A DNA stretch of 64,000 bases from Chloroflexi bacterium UBA4730 (GTDB lineage: Bacteria; Chloroflexota; Limnocylindria; P2-11E), in the NCBI GenBank assembly GCA_002404155.1, contig DHJC01000016.1:13529-77528 (forward strand). Reading direction: 5' to 3'. This document shows positions 40,690 to 50,024 of this stretch, piece by piece. Both the position numbers and the translations under genes were made by a program. A model generated the notes under the pieces. It saw nothing but the letters and a program-made list of their open reading frames with translations. It did no database searches and was not told where the DNA came from. Numbering within the stretch: position 1 is the first letter of the stretch; every line of letters starts with the position of its first letter.

Positions 40690-41060
40690 TCAAGTAGCGT
40701 CAAGACCATCCCGCTGGGCGGCCAGCCGGCCCTGGGCGTCGTACGTGTTGCGCACGCTGACGCGGCCGTCCGGATCGACGACGGAGGTGAGGTGGCGGGT
40801 GCTGCCGTCATAGCCATAGCGCCACGTGTGGAGATTCGGATCCTGCCCGAGCGCGTTGCCGATCTTGTCGACAACGGTAACGAGCCGTCCGATAGCGTCG
40901 TATCCGTAGATGACGCGGCGGCCGATCGGATCCTGTATCTGGGTCAGCCGATTGGCGCCGTCGTAGCTGAGCGCCACCGCCCGGCCCACGGTGTCGGTGA
41001 TCATGGCGAGGTTGCCGGCGACGTAGCTCAGGCCGATCTGATTGCCGGCCGGCTCGTTGA
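40690..41060 (-). pseudogene. orphan internal RHS fragment
   Basis: EPAGNQIGLSY...QDPIGRRVIYGYD...DKIGNA...WRYGYDG...QRDGL aligns colinearly with about 6130-6480 of the RHS gene. Confidence 0.88.
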
Positions 41061-41731
41061 GCTGGGCCTGGTGGATCGGGATCACGGTGTTCATCTTCCA
41101 CGACGGCGTCCCCTACTGGCTTGTCGCGATCGTGGCCAGCATCGCGGCATTCATGGTCGTCGTGATCCTCGGTGGAATGGCGTGGCGCAGGGCTGGGTCC
41201 GAGGCGCAGCGTCCGATCCGCGTGCTCGGTGCGATGATCGACGAAGCGTTCACCGCCGGCGGCACGCCGCTCGGCACGACCGTGCGGCGATGGACCATCG
41301 GGCTGTTCGCGGCCGGCGTCCTGTTCGGTCCGCTGGGTTACGGCGAACTCGACTTCGTGCCGGTGGGCTGGCCGCGGATCGCGGTACTCGTCCTGGCTCC
41401 AGTCGCCCTGGGGATCGCGTTGATCTGGTTCTGGAAGAGCTGGCGTCCCGACCGGGCGGGCGAGGTCCACTTCGGTCGGGTGGTCGCGGAACTGACGGCC
41501 GGGGCGTTGCTCATCGGTAGCGTGCTCATGTCGCAGCGGACGAGCCACATCGAGTGCGCGCAGTCGGTCCAGACGTACGACGGTTCGGAGTGTGTCGGCG
41601 AGGACATCGTGGTGCCGGGAGCCGATGAGTTCCAGGTCCTGGTGCTGGCGGGCCTCGCCGCGACGGCGTTGTGGTTCGCGGCCGTCGAAACTCCGTGGGC
41701 CGAGGCGAAGCCGTCGACTCGGACCAGCTAG
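41042..41731 (+). CDS. multi-pass membrane protein, probably 5'-truncated
   Basis: Several hydrophobic helices and a Cys pair; its start abuts the RHS fragment. Confidence 0.55.
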   Translation: MPAGSLSWAWWIGITVFIFHDGVPYWLVAIVASIAAFMVVVILGGMAWRRAGSEAQRPIRVLGAMIDEAFTAGGTPLGTTVRRWTIGLFAAGVLFGPLGYGELDFVPVGWPRIAVLVLAPVALGIALIWFWKSWRPDRAGEVHFGRVVAELTAGALLIGSVLMSQRTSHIECAQSVQTYDGSECVGEDIVVPGADEFQVLVLAGLAATALWFAAVETPWAEAKPSTRTS

Positions 41732-41738
41732 CCGCCGA

Positions 41739-42113
41739 CTAATCCAGAAACAAGGCTATCGCGCAGACAAGCACACCAAGGATTCCCATCGTCGAAGCGA
41801 TCCCCAGATTGTGCAGTCCGAAGGGAACCACCGCGGCGCCGAGGATTCCGATACCCGCTCCGAACGCGAACTCGTAATACACGTGTCTCTGCGCATCGAA
41901 TGGCCGGCCAATTGCCCCACGACCAGCGGGAAGCGTAAGCGCGCCGGCGGAGGCGAGAACGATGACCGCGACAAAAACAAGCACTAATGGATAGGCCGCT
42001 GCGACGGCAGTTCCCGATGCGCTTGTGAGGTACCAGGGCGCAGCGATTCCGTAAAGGACGAGTGCCGTCCCCCAGACCACGGCAGCAGCCCCGCCAGTTA
42101 GCCTCATTTCCAT
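41739..42113 (-). CDS. small multi-TM membrane protein
   Basis: Four hydrophobic segments; AAGGGG upstream. Confidence 0.55.
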   Translation of the reverse strand: MEMRLTGGAAAVVWGTALVLYGIAAPWYLTSASGTAVAAAYPLVLVFVAVIVLASAGALTLPAGRGAIGRPFDAQRHVYYEFAFGAGIGILGAAVVPFGLHNLGIASTMGILGVLVCAIALFLD

Positions 42114-42151
42114 CCCCTTGACGCTCGCCGCATTCGCGTGACAGATCGAGT

Positions 42152-42352
42152 GTGATGCGGGATCTGCGCGTGCCTTCAGCTCTCGCGAGTGTTGGTGGTG
42201 CCTTTACCGGCGCCAGCGTGGGCGTCGCCGTCGCGGAAAGCCTAGGCGTCAGCGGCCCAGCCGCCGTCATGTACATCATGGCCGCGATCAGCGCGATTCT
42301 GCTCGGCGTTCTGATTGTCGTAACGCGGCGGGCGTGCCTTCCCAAGCCCTAG
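42152..42352 (+). CDS. small 2-TM protein
   Basis: Two Gly/Ala-rich hydrophobic segments. Confidence 0.4.
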   Translation: MMRDLRVPSALASVGGAFTGASVGVAVAESLGVSGPAAVMYIMAAISAILLGVLIVVTRRACLPKP

Positions 42353-42493
42353 CGGGGATCAACGTGACCACCGCGCAAGCGATCGCAGGGGACGGGATCG
42401 ATACGCGCGAGCGACGCCGTCGTCAGCAAAGACCTCGCCCAGACCCGGCGCGCCGTCCGGACGAATTCAAGGCGCAGGCGGCGACGCCTCGTC

Positions 42494-43441
42494 CTATGAG
42501 ACTCCGGTTCGCGAAAGACCAAGGCGGGCGCCCAGCGCCACTTCTTGGAAGCCAATCGCCATGTGCGCGATGAAACCGGCGAACAGCGCCGCGGCTTCGA
42601 AGTCGTCTTGATTGAGCGGCGTCCCCTGGATCCTTTGGCTGCGTGGGTTGAAGTGGTGCAGGCTTCCCCGAATGTCAAAGAGGAACTTCATCGCGCCGGA
42701 GCGGTCCCACGTACAGTGCATCTGTTTGAACTGACTCTGCAGCTGTGCGGTGACTTCGGGCCGGAGCGAATTGCCGGCGAGTGTGGCTAACGCCTCGTCG
42801 ATGATCTTGCCGAGCTCATCGCTCGCCGCAAAGGCTCCTAGCACGCTCGCCTCGCCGCTGCGGCCGGGTGCATAGATCCCCTCGATGACGAAGTAATGGG
42901 CGACAAACGTCTGAATGAAGCGGAACCCGTTGTGCTCGTTGTTCGCCTCACGGGAGAAGGCCTTCAGGACGGTCAGCGACTCCAGGGCGTTTGCCTTCGC
43001 AGCCATGCCGGCAAGCACGTCAGGCCGGACCCGGGCAGCGCGCGGATCAAAGGAGGCGCTCTCGCTCCAACCGCGGATCGCAACGAGGGCCTCGTCCGCG
43101 TCGCTCTCCGGGACCGTGTCATGCCGTGCATCCTGCCAGTACACCCGCCGGAGTGCGTGCTCGGTCAAGAACGACACGTGTGACTCGAAATTCTGCAAGG
43201 CCGCTACGAGGCGGCCGTGGACCGCCGGGTCGCCACCGAGCTCAATGGCGCCGATCTCGCCCGGCGCCGGGACGCGGACGCGCGAACTGAAGCGCTTCGC
43301 GTCAACGGTGACGCCGACCGCCAGCTCGTTGAGGCGTCCCTGGCCGTCCACGAGTGCCTCGTACATGAGGTCTCCAATCCGAAAGCACGCCGCCTCCGTC
43401 ACCAGTTCCGACTCGACCCGCGCGCGCAACTCGTAGCGCAC
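42494..43441 (-). CDS. HEPN-like (MauJ-like) protein
   Basis: HYFVIEGIY...LFDIRGSLHHF (RxxxxH). Confidence 0.65.
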   Translation of the reverse strand: MRYELRARVESELVTEAACFRIGDLMYEALVDGQGRLNELAVGVTVDAKRFSSRVRVPAPGEIGAIELGGDPAVHGRLVAALQNFESHVSFLTEHALRRVYWQDARHDTVPESDADEALVAIRGWSESASFDPRAARVRPDVLAGMAAKANALESLTVLKAFSREANNEHNGFRFIQTFVAHYFVIEGIYAPGRSGEASVLGAFAASDELGKIIDEALATLAGNSLRPEVTAQLQSQFKQMHCTWDRSGAMKFLFDIRGSLHHFNPRSQRIQGTPLNQDDFEAAALFAGFIAHMAIGFQEVALGARLGLSRTGVS

Positions 43442-43644
43442 GTCGCTCAGGACGGCATAGGAGGTACCAACGGCTCCCCTGCCTCCGCCAAATCGGACTC
43501 GATGCCTGCTTGGCTCGAAGGGGCGCAGTCCAGCGCCTTCATGATCCGACCGTCCAGCCAGCCCGTCTCGACCGTGACCACGTAACCGTTCTTATCGTAG
43601 AAGTGGACCTGCCTCGCGCGGTGATCGATGTCGGGTACGAATAA

Positions 43645-43821
43645 TCAGATCCCCCGTTTGCTCGCCTCCTCTGCGATCTCATGTCCGACCCAGCTCGAGA
43701 TCGCGGCACCGATCAACGCACCGACCGGGCCGCCCAGCATCGCTCCGACGACGCCACCGAGCGCGCCGCCAACACCTGCGCCGACTACCTTCGCCGACTT
43801 GACTGGGTTGGTGCGAGCCAT
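43645..43821 (-). CDS. 58-aa glycine-zipper membrane protein directly downstream of the E1 gene
   Basis: GAGVGGALGGVVGAMLGGPVGALIGAAI; AGGAG RBS; starts 22 nt after the E1 stop. Confidence 0.8.
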   Translation of the reverse strand: MARTNPVKSAKVVGAGVGGALGGVVGAMLGGPVGALIGAAISSWVGHEIAEEASKRGI

Positions 43822-43843
43822 GTCATTTACTCCTCGTGGCGTT

Positions 43844-45232
43844 CTAGGGCAGCGCACGCGTGAAACCGGGATTGGTGGGCGGACCGGGGCGAGTGTTCGG
43901 CGCTACGTCGATGTAGTCAGGGCTGCGCAGCGAGACGCTCAAGACCTCGTACATCGGGGCGCCACCCAGGTAGCGCACGGCCTCCGCGAGTGCCAAGGAG
44001 GCGGCGACGGCACCGACGAAGGCGGCGCCGACCGTGCGGCCAGCCACCTCGAGCATGCCGCAGCGGATCTCTTCCGCGGTCAGCACTCCCTCGGCGGCAA
44101 GCTTTGCGGCCCACTCCTTGTAGGCCGGTTGATCGGCCAGGGCGGGATCCGTCGCCGCATGCTTCGACGCGAACGCGTCCGCGGCCTGAAGACCCGACGG
44201 AAACGAGTGCAAGAGCAGATCGAGGTAGTGCGTCGGCCCGCCGCCGAGACCCACATCGATGACCTTGTCGAAGCCCGCGCTCTCGAGTGCTCGGCGCGCC
44301 TGCGGCCCATCGAATCCCGAGAGCGCCAACCCTGGTTCATCCTGCGTCCGACGCGTCTGGTCGTCGAAGCGCCGCTCCGACATCCGCGTGACAAATCCCA
44401 GCTCCTCCAGGCGCCGCCCGACCAGACGGGTCTTCATCTCGGTCGCGAAGTCGCGTGGCACGAGCAGTCCGGTGTCGGCGTTTGCGGGGACGATGCGGTC
44501 GGTGTCCTGCAGCATCACTAAAACGTCCGAGGGATTGGCATAGGGCAGCGCCCCGAGCGCCCACGCATGCGCCTGTCCGAGGTGACCCAGGCCCAGCAGC
44601 CACACCCGCTGCGGCAGGTAGGACCAGGACTCACCCACCGCCGCAGCATCGCGCCAGGGGATCCGTGGGTCCCACAGCGAGAACCCCACGTCGCGGCGTG
44701 CCGCAACACCGTCCCCGCGTTGGGCCTGGAACGCCTCGGACACTGCCAGTGCCCCGGCGAGCAGGCCAGCGAGCGGGAAGTCGAGCTCCTCGGCCAGCCG
44801 GTCACTGCGCCGCTGCACCACCCCGCCGCTCCAGCCGTTGAAGGTGGGGACCAAGACACGCCCGCTCGTGTCGAGCGATCGCGCATCGCCGAGCACGATC
44901 GTGGTGCGCTGCGGTGAGAGTTCGCTTAAGAGCGTGCCGCCGTACCAGGCGACGGCGTCCGCGAGCCGGCGGCCACCGGCCCAAGGAATCGACATCGTCG
45001 GGTCATCAGCAATGCGCACGTGGACACCGCCGGGGAAAGCCCGCCGCGCGGCGTTGACCACGGTCAGCAGCGCGATTTGTCGGCTGCGGCTCGCAGTCAG
45101 GCCCGGACCGACATCGACCTGCAGGACGTATCCGCGCACGATCTCCTCGGCCTCTCTCCTTGATTGCGCGCGGCCGGAGTCCAACTCGAGCTTCAGGGTC
45201 CGGCCTAGCGTGTCGGCGGCTTCGAGCGTCAT
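43844..45232 (-). CDS. bilD: E1-like enzyme of a Bil (ISG15-like) system
   Basis: LLGLGHLG, LQDTD, ANADTGLL, MKTR, candidate catalytic RCG, VGAAFVG; last core gene of the Ubl-E2-JAB-E1 operon. Confidence 0.88.
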   Translation of the reverse strand: MTLEAADTLGRTLKLELDSGRAQSRREAEEIVRGYVLQVDVGPGLTASRSRQIALLTVVNAARRAFPGGVHVRIADDPTMSIPWAGGRRLADAVAWYGGTLLSELSPQRTTIVLGDARSLDTSGRVLVPTFNGWSGGVVQRRSDRLAEELDFPLAGLLAGALAVSEAFQAQRGDGVAARRDVGFSLWDPRIPWRDAAAVGESWSYLPQRVWLLGLGHLGQAHAWALGALPYANPSDVLVMLQDTDRIVPANADTGLLVPRDFATEMKTRLVGRRLEELGFVTRMSERRFDDQTRRTQDEPGLALSGFDGPQARRALESAGFDKVIDVGLGGGPTHYLDLLLHSFPSGLQAADAFASKHAATDPALADQPAYKEWAAKLAAEGVLTAEEIRCGMLEVAGRTVGAAFVGAVAASLALAEAVRYLGGAPMYEVLSVSLRSPDYIDVAPNTRPGPPTNPGFTRALP

Positions 45233-45729
45233 GCGAACCGTCCGACGTAGACGCGCCGCACGGCATCGCTCGCGTAGCTGCCTTGCCAGTCACCCGCCCC
45301 GTCGTAACGATGCACGCCAACCTCGCGCGGAGCGGCGCGCCGCGAGGCGAGGTGCGGCACGAGCAGCGCGATGTGGCCTGCGCGCGAGATCATCGGGTTC
45401 TCGCGGTCGATCGAGCTCTGGGAGACATAGGTGCCACCGTGCGTGTGCACATCCCCGATCACGCGCGCCTTGTATTGGTCGCACAGGTCCCACAGCCGAC
45501 CATACGCGACCGCATCCAAACGAATGTCGCCGCGCAACGCAGCCGGATCGAGGTCGTCGTAGTACACGACGCGGATCACGCGCCGGGGGTCTCCGTCGCG
45601 ATTGGCCAGCAGGAAGGCGCCGCTCTCGCGGCGGCCGCCAGCGCGGCGACCCAGTTGGGCGAACATCTCGTCCCACGTCTGGGCCGTGAACCGGAGGTAG
45701 GCGCCCCGTCCGAAGAGGCGTCTAAACAC
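45229..45729 (-). CDS. bilC: JAB/JAMM peptidase (deubiquitinase-like)
   Basis: RESGAFLL...VHTHGG...QSSIDRENPMI (E...HxH...SxxD). Confidence 0.88.
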   Translation of the reverse strand: MFRRLFGRGAYLRFTAQTWDEMFAQLGRRAGGRRESGAFLLANRDGDPRRVIRVVYYDDLDPAALRGDIRLDAVAYGRLWDLCDQYKARVIGDVHTHGGTYVSQSSIDRENPMISRAGHIALLVPHLASRRAAPREVGVHRYDGAGDWQGSYASDAVRRVYVGRFA

Positions 45730-46195
45730 CGGTGTAGTCCTCGTCGTTGAGCATCTCGTGCACCAGCCGCAGGTAGAGCGTGATGTCTTTCGATGCGTCC
45801 CAGAGCCACGCCGGATGCTGTGCGGCCCACGCTCCGTGACTCGAAATCGCCACTCGGTCGCACGGGATGTACAGGGCAACTCCGCCTTCCCAGTCTGTGC
45901 GAAATGCGTTTCCGACCCGGTGCCCTTTCGGGCGCGCGGCGGCTGCGAGCATCGCGTCTGTGGCCTCGTCCCAGGGCGTGGCAGTCGGTACCGTCGTCGG
46001 GTAGTTGCTCAGCTCGAAGCGAAGGACGAACTCCTCCGGAGCGCCGTTGCGCAGGGCCGCGCGTACGGCGATCCATACGTGCGGCCACGCGATGCGCACC
46101 AGGCGCCAGCGGCCTTCCTCGACGCCGCGCGTGAAGACGGCGCCCTTGAGGTGCTCCCGGAACACCCGTTCGTCCGGCGAGATCGGATCGCTCAT
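45722..46195 (-). CDS. bilB: E2-like conjugating enzyme
   Basis: GRWRL...WPH...LRFELSNYP...PWD...ALYIPCDR (candidate catalytic Cys); ATGA overlap with the Ubl gene. Confidence 0.88.
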   Translation of the reverse strand: MSDPISPDERVFREHLKGAVFTRGVEEGRWRLVRIAWPHVWIAVRAALRNGAPEEFVLRFELSNYPTTVPTATPWDEATDAMLAAAARPKGHRVGNAFRTDWEGGVALYIPCDRVAISSHGAWAAQHPAWLWDASKDITLYLRLVHEMLNDEDYTGV

Positions 46196-46656
46196 CCCTC
46201 GAAGCGCTCCTTCGGGGCGAGGTCGAAGCACGCCTTGCAGTCGTGATCTGCGTACGAGCCGACGTGATCGGCGCGGTCGGGCTGGGTGTTCTGCCCGCAG
46301 ATTGAGAGTGTGTGCTTGGCCTTCTCCGTAGCCGTCAGGCTGAAGCCCTGCGTGCCAGTGGCCCAGTCGAAGACCCGGTTGATGGTGGCCGCCGGCGAAA
46401 ACTCCTTGCTTCTCGTATCGCCGCCGTAACGGACCGAGACATCGACGCGGCGGCACCGGGAGACGTGGACGTGCTTGCGGTCGTCGATGCCGGCCTCCGC
46501 AAGCGTCCGCTCCGGGTCGAGAGGGTCTTCCGCGTCCTGAAGCCACGCGTGGGCGTCGGCCTTGCCACCGAGCAGATCGCGAACGTGGGCGCCGGAATCG
46601 ATCTGGCGGAGCGTTGGCGCCCCGGCTTCGTGGATGTAGATCTCAAGCTGCGACAT
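46192..46656 (-). CDS. bilA: two-domain ubiquitin-like protein ending in Gly
   Basis: TLAEAGI...HVHVSRCRRVDVSVRY...FSPAATINRV...FDLAPKERFEG-stop; AGGAGG RBS. Confidence 0.88.
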   Translation of the reverse strand: MSQLEIYIHEAGAPTLRQIDSGAHVRDLLGGKADAHAWLQDAEDPLDPERTLAEAGIDDRKHVHVSRCRRVDVSVRYGGDTRSKEFSPAATINRVFDWATGTQGFSLTATEKAKHTLSICGQNTQPDRADHVGSYADHDCKACFDLAPKERFEG

Positions 46657-46915
46657 GTGCTGCCTCCTATCGCCTGGGGTACGGCCGCGCCGTCCCGGTC
46701 TCCGATGTCAGATGGCTCGGAGTGGTGGCGCCCGCCTGCCGTGCGACCGCTGACACCAATCGTTTGCGCCCGCGGGCGCGAGAAGTGCCAGAATCAGCAG
46801 CGCGGTAGCCGGGCACGATTCGCTTGGTCACCGCATTTCTCCATTCGACGGGGCCTGACTCTTTGCCGGGACAGGCCCCGTCCGCGCGTGTTCGTCCGGG
46901 AACCGTTCTGTCGAG

Positions 46916-47497
46916 CTACCTCCCTCCAGAGCTGACGAGTTGCCCGCTCCGCGAGCGATACGAGTACGGCCGGCCAGATCCCTTGCCGACCTGCTCTCGG
47001 TCAACCACCCGAGCCCTGACGAGCTCGGTCAGCCAGTTATTGACCGCCTGCAAGGACCGGGTCTTGAGCTTCCCCCTCAGTTCTGCGGTGGTCACGTCGC
47101 CCGATCGCTCAATGAGGTCGAACGTCTCCTTCGCCCGCCGTTCAACTTCGCCCGCGAGGAACGCCTTGCCGGTGTCCGTTCGGACGAGCGCCGCGAGGTG
47201 CGCGTTCTTCAGCACCTGGTCGAGCTGCTCGGCGGCGAAGTCGTTCGCGCCGGCGAATGCGACCCACCGCCGGGACCCATACCGTCCCGCCTGCGTGCGC
47301 TTTACGAGCTCTGCGAACAACTCGTCTCCGAACGAGAGCGTGAACACCGACACGCGTCTTAGGTCGATGACCACGAGGGCGTCGTCGCTCCTCGAGATCA
47401 GCGCCTCGATCTTGCCGCGCAGCTCGTGCGCGTACGAACGGGTGCCGAGCGCCTTCCCGTACTCGGCAATCCGAACCTGCATACGCACTCCTTTCAC
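46916..47497 (-). CDS. STAS-like (DUF4325-like) + winged-helix protein
   Basis: LGTRSYAHELR...VVIDLRRVSVFTLSFGDELF; C-terminal wHTH VNNWLTELVRARVVDR...GRPYSY. Confidence 0.72.
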   Translation of the reverse strand: MKGVRMQVRIAEYGKALGTRSYAHELRGKIEALISRSDDALVVIDLRRVSVFTLSFGDELFAELVKRTQAGRYGSRRWVAFAGANDFAAEQLDQVLKNAHLAALVRTDTGKAFLAGEVERRAKETFDLIERSGDVTTAELRGKLKTRSLQAVNNWLTELVRARVVDREQVGKGSGRPYSYRSRSGQLVSSGGR

Positions 47498-47558
47498 CCC
47501 GCTGCTGTTCTTAAATCTCAGCAGGTGAACAAACGCTACACCCGGGCTGCGGGTGCCG

Positions 47559-48413
47559 TCAACCGGCCTTCAGACCACCAGCGAACGAGATCGCGATCTG
47601 CACACCATCGCGCGAAATGGCGTGTTCCTGACGCTCGATGGAGCGGCGGATCTTCAGTGAGGCGTCGCCGGAACGGATCTCGAATGTGCCGCCCGCATCC
47701 TCGCACACTGCTTGGACGACATCTGGGAGGCCATTGCCGTGGCGCGATCCAGCGAAGCGGCTCACGCCCTTCTTCACTGCGAGGTCGACCGCCTCGGCGT
47801 CGTCGGCCACGGCGACCCGGCGGCGGAGTGTGCGGCGCAGCCCGAGACCGATGTCGCCGATCGCGATCTGAAGGCGAAAGCCGGCCGAGCCAAGGCGGTA
47901 ACGCTGGGCCATGACGATCGCGCGGTCGGCGCCCGAGTGCTCGAGCGTGTTGTCGACGCCTTCTCCAAGACCCAGGAACGCGGGGACCAGCACATCATGG
48001 GGAATGCCGACCGCGTCACCCAGCGACATGAGGGACTCCCCCACCGCCGTTGCGTTGGTCCGTGTCACGAACTGCAGCTCGAGCAGGTGGTCGCTCAGGG
48101 GCCGCGCCGCGACATGCCCGCTTCCGAAGCCACCCGCGAAGCGGACGCCCGCGCCGCGCAGGAGATCGCGAAAGCGCATGCGCAGCAGGTAGTTCGCGAC
48201 GTTCTGGTCCGCTGGCCCGACTACGGCGAGGTTGTTCCCCATGCCGATCGCCTCCAAGCACGCCGTCGTCAGCGAGACCAAACCACTGGGGTCGGCGAAC
48301 TCCGCCGACCTCAGGTCGACCACGACCTCTTCATAGTCCTGCGGCAGACCCTCGATCAGAAGATCGCCGGCGTGCAGGCCGCAGAGTCGCTTTCCGTACG
48401 AAAGCGTGGGCAC
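47559..48413 (-). CDS. STAS-like + HATPase (GHKL) protein
   Basis: VVDLRSAEFADPSGL; N-box EGVDNTLEHS; IAIGDIGLGL; GVSR...GNGL. Confidence 0.8.
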   Translation of the reverse strand: MPTLSYGKRLCGLHAGDLLIEGLPQDYEEVVVDLRSAEFADPSGLVSLTTACLEAIGMGNNLAVVGPADQNVANYLLRMRFRDLLRGAGVRFAGGFGSGHVAARPLSDHLLELQFVTRTNATAVGESLMSLGDAVGIPHDVLVPAFLGLGEGVDNTLEHSGADRAIVMAQRYRLGSAGFRLQIAIGDIGLGLRRTLRRRVAVADDAEAVDLAVKKGVSRFAGSRHGNGLPDVVQAVCEDAGGTFEIRSGDASLKIRRSIERQEHAISRDGVQIAISFAGGLKAG

Positions 48414-48668
48414 AGCTGCGTCCCTCCGCCCCGTTGTTGGCCGACGGGTTAAGCGATCTGCCGGAAGTTAAACAGCCCGGGTTCAATTTGGCTAGCCTCT
48501 GCCTGGCGGAGAAAGTGCGCAATGGGCCGATAGGCGAAGACGGGGCCGCAGCAACGCGCCCCTAGATCCGCGGTTCGATGACACCCGGCCCCGACAGCGT
48601 TCGGCCCGGTCGCAGGAGGCGATCGGGGAGATGCAGGTCGAGATGAAATGGGTACCTAGACCCTCATT

Positions 48669-48850
48669 TCACCGCGCTGACCATGAATCGAGCGGGACGA
48701 GCTCGTAAAGGAAGGGTCGACGGCCGACGTGTGTCCGCGTCTTGCTCGCCTCCCCGCGTTCCACGAGCGTGTCTAGTCGTCGTTTCGCCACGGGAGGCGT
48801 GGACTCAAGACCAGTCGCGCGCGTGATCTCCGTTGCGACGCCGTCAGCGC
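48669..48850 (-). pseudogene. possible winged-helix C-terminal remnant
   Basis: ATEITRATGL...KRRLDTLVERG...GRRPFLYEL; no clear start. Confidence 0.4.
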
Positions 48851-48898
48851 GAGTGAAGCGCTGCCCTCCGCACCCGTGAGGACCGCCCGGGCCCGAGT

Positions 48899-49228
48899 TT
48901 GCTCGACTGGACGACGGCCGCGGCGTATACGGCCGCGCTGCCAGCTGCCGCAGCCGCGGCAAGCAGAGCCCCGCGATCAAGCCGCTCTTGCCGCTTCGAA
49001 GGTTCTGAGGCCACCTTTGCTGCGATGCTACGACGCAACTTATCGCTGGGCCTACATCTGCTCCTCGTTGCTGGCATGTGCCTTGGCCTCGTGCTCCTGG
49101 TCGTCGCAACATTCACCGGCCGTCCGCAGTCCGTAGCCAACACCTACCTAGTGGCCGCTGTCGCGGGTGGGCCAATCATCGGATTGCTAATGCTCCTTGT
49201 GGAAGACCGCAGCGGCGAAGGGGACTGA
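48899..49228 (+). CDS. small 2-TM protein (start uncertain)
   Basis: Two hydrophobic helices in the C-terminal half. Confidence 0.35.
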   Translation: MLDWTTAAAYTAALPAAAAAASRAPRSSRSCRFEGSEATFAAMLRRNLSLGLHLLLVAGMCLGLVLLVVATFTGRPQSVANTYLVAAVAGGPIIGLLMLLVEDRSGEGD

Positions 49229-49468
49229 GCCGAGTCGGAATGGTTCCAGGGCTCGCGCAGGAAAGCGCTATGAACTGAATATCGCGTCTCCGGCGCTAGT
49301 GCACGTTAGTGGGTGCGCAGGAACACCCAGCCGATCACGAAGAGCACGATGAAAAGCGCCAAGCCGATGATCGGCTGAAAACTCGGATGCTCCGAGAACC
49401 TCACGAGCCACCCGCGGAGACGTTCCATAGCCCTGACATGGCGCGCTCGCGTTCACCTGTCAAGTGGT

Positions 49469-49999
49469 TCACCGCGCGCAGACGCCGAGGCCCTTCGTCA
49501 GCAAGATGTCATAGCCGACGGCGGCCGCCAGCAAGGCGATCAGCATCGCCACCAAGGAGAGCCGCAGCCACCGGGCTTTCCAGCGCACTGCCGACTCGTT
49601 CTTCGTCACGGCCGTGAGCTGCAAGCCGATCACCTGCCGCAGAGCGGCCTCGTCCGTCGGTGTCGGTTGACGAAGCAGGGTGAACACGACAGCCGAGCTT
49701 GGCTCCTGCGTCAGGCGCTTGAACGCGAGTCCTGCCAACGCCGCTGCCGCCGCGACGCCGGATCCTGCCCACGCAAACAAGAAGGAGATGCTGACGGCGT
49801 TGTCCGAACAGAACGGCCAAGGAGTAACCGCGACGAAGATTACCGCGCCCAGCGCGATGATGGCCGCCGCACGCGACGCGATTCCATCGACGACTTGGCT
49901 CTGACGTGAGAGCTGTGCGGTCAACTCGGCTTGCACCCAGCTCAGCCGTAGATCGGCTGCCGGCGTCGACGTTCGGAGTGCTCGTAGCAGCGAACGCAT
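49469..49999 (-). CDS. 3-TM membrane protein with a layout reminiscent of Pycsar-effector/DUF5706-like proteins
   Basis: Helix-TM-TM-loop-N...K...L-TM layout (KNESAVRWKARWLRLSL). Confidence 0.55.
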   Translation of the reverse strand: MRSLLRALRTSTPAADLRLSWVQAELTAQLSRQSQVVDGIASRAAAIIALGAVIFVAVTPWPFCSDNAVSISFLFAWAGSGVAAAAALAGLAFKRLTQEPSSAVVFTLLRQPTPTDEAALRQVIGLQLTAVTKNESAVRWKARWLRLSLVAMLIALLAAAVGYDILLTKGLGVCAR

Positions 50000-50024
50000 C
50001 ACGTTGTCGACCACGGCTGGATTC

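Noticed and set aside
49469-49999. Pycsar or CBASS system around the 3-TM effector-like gene and the ThiF enzyme
   Set aside because: No cyclase or CD-NTase motif found anywhere in the window.
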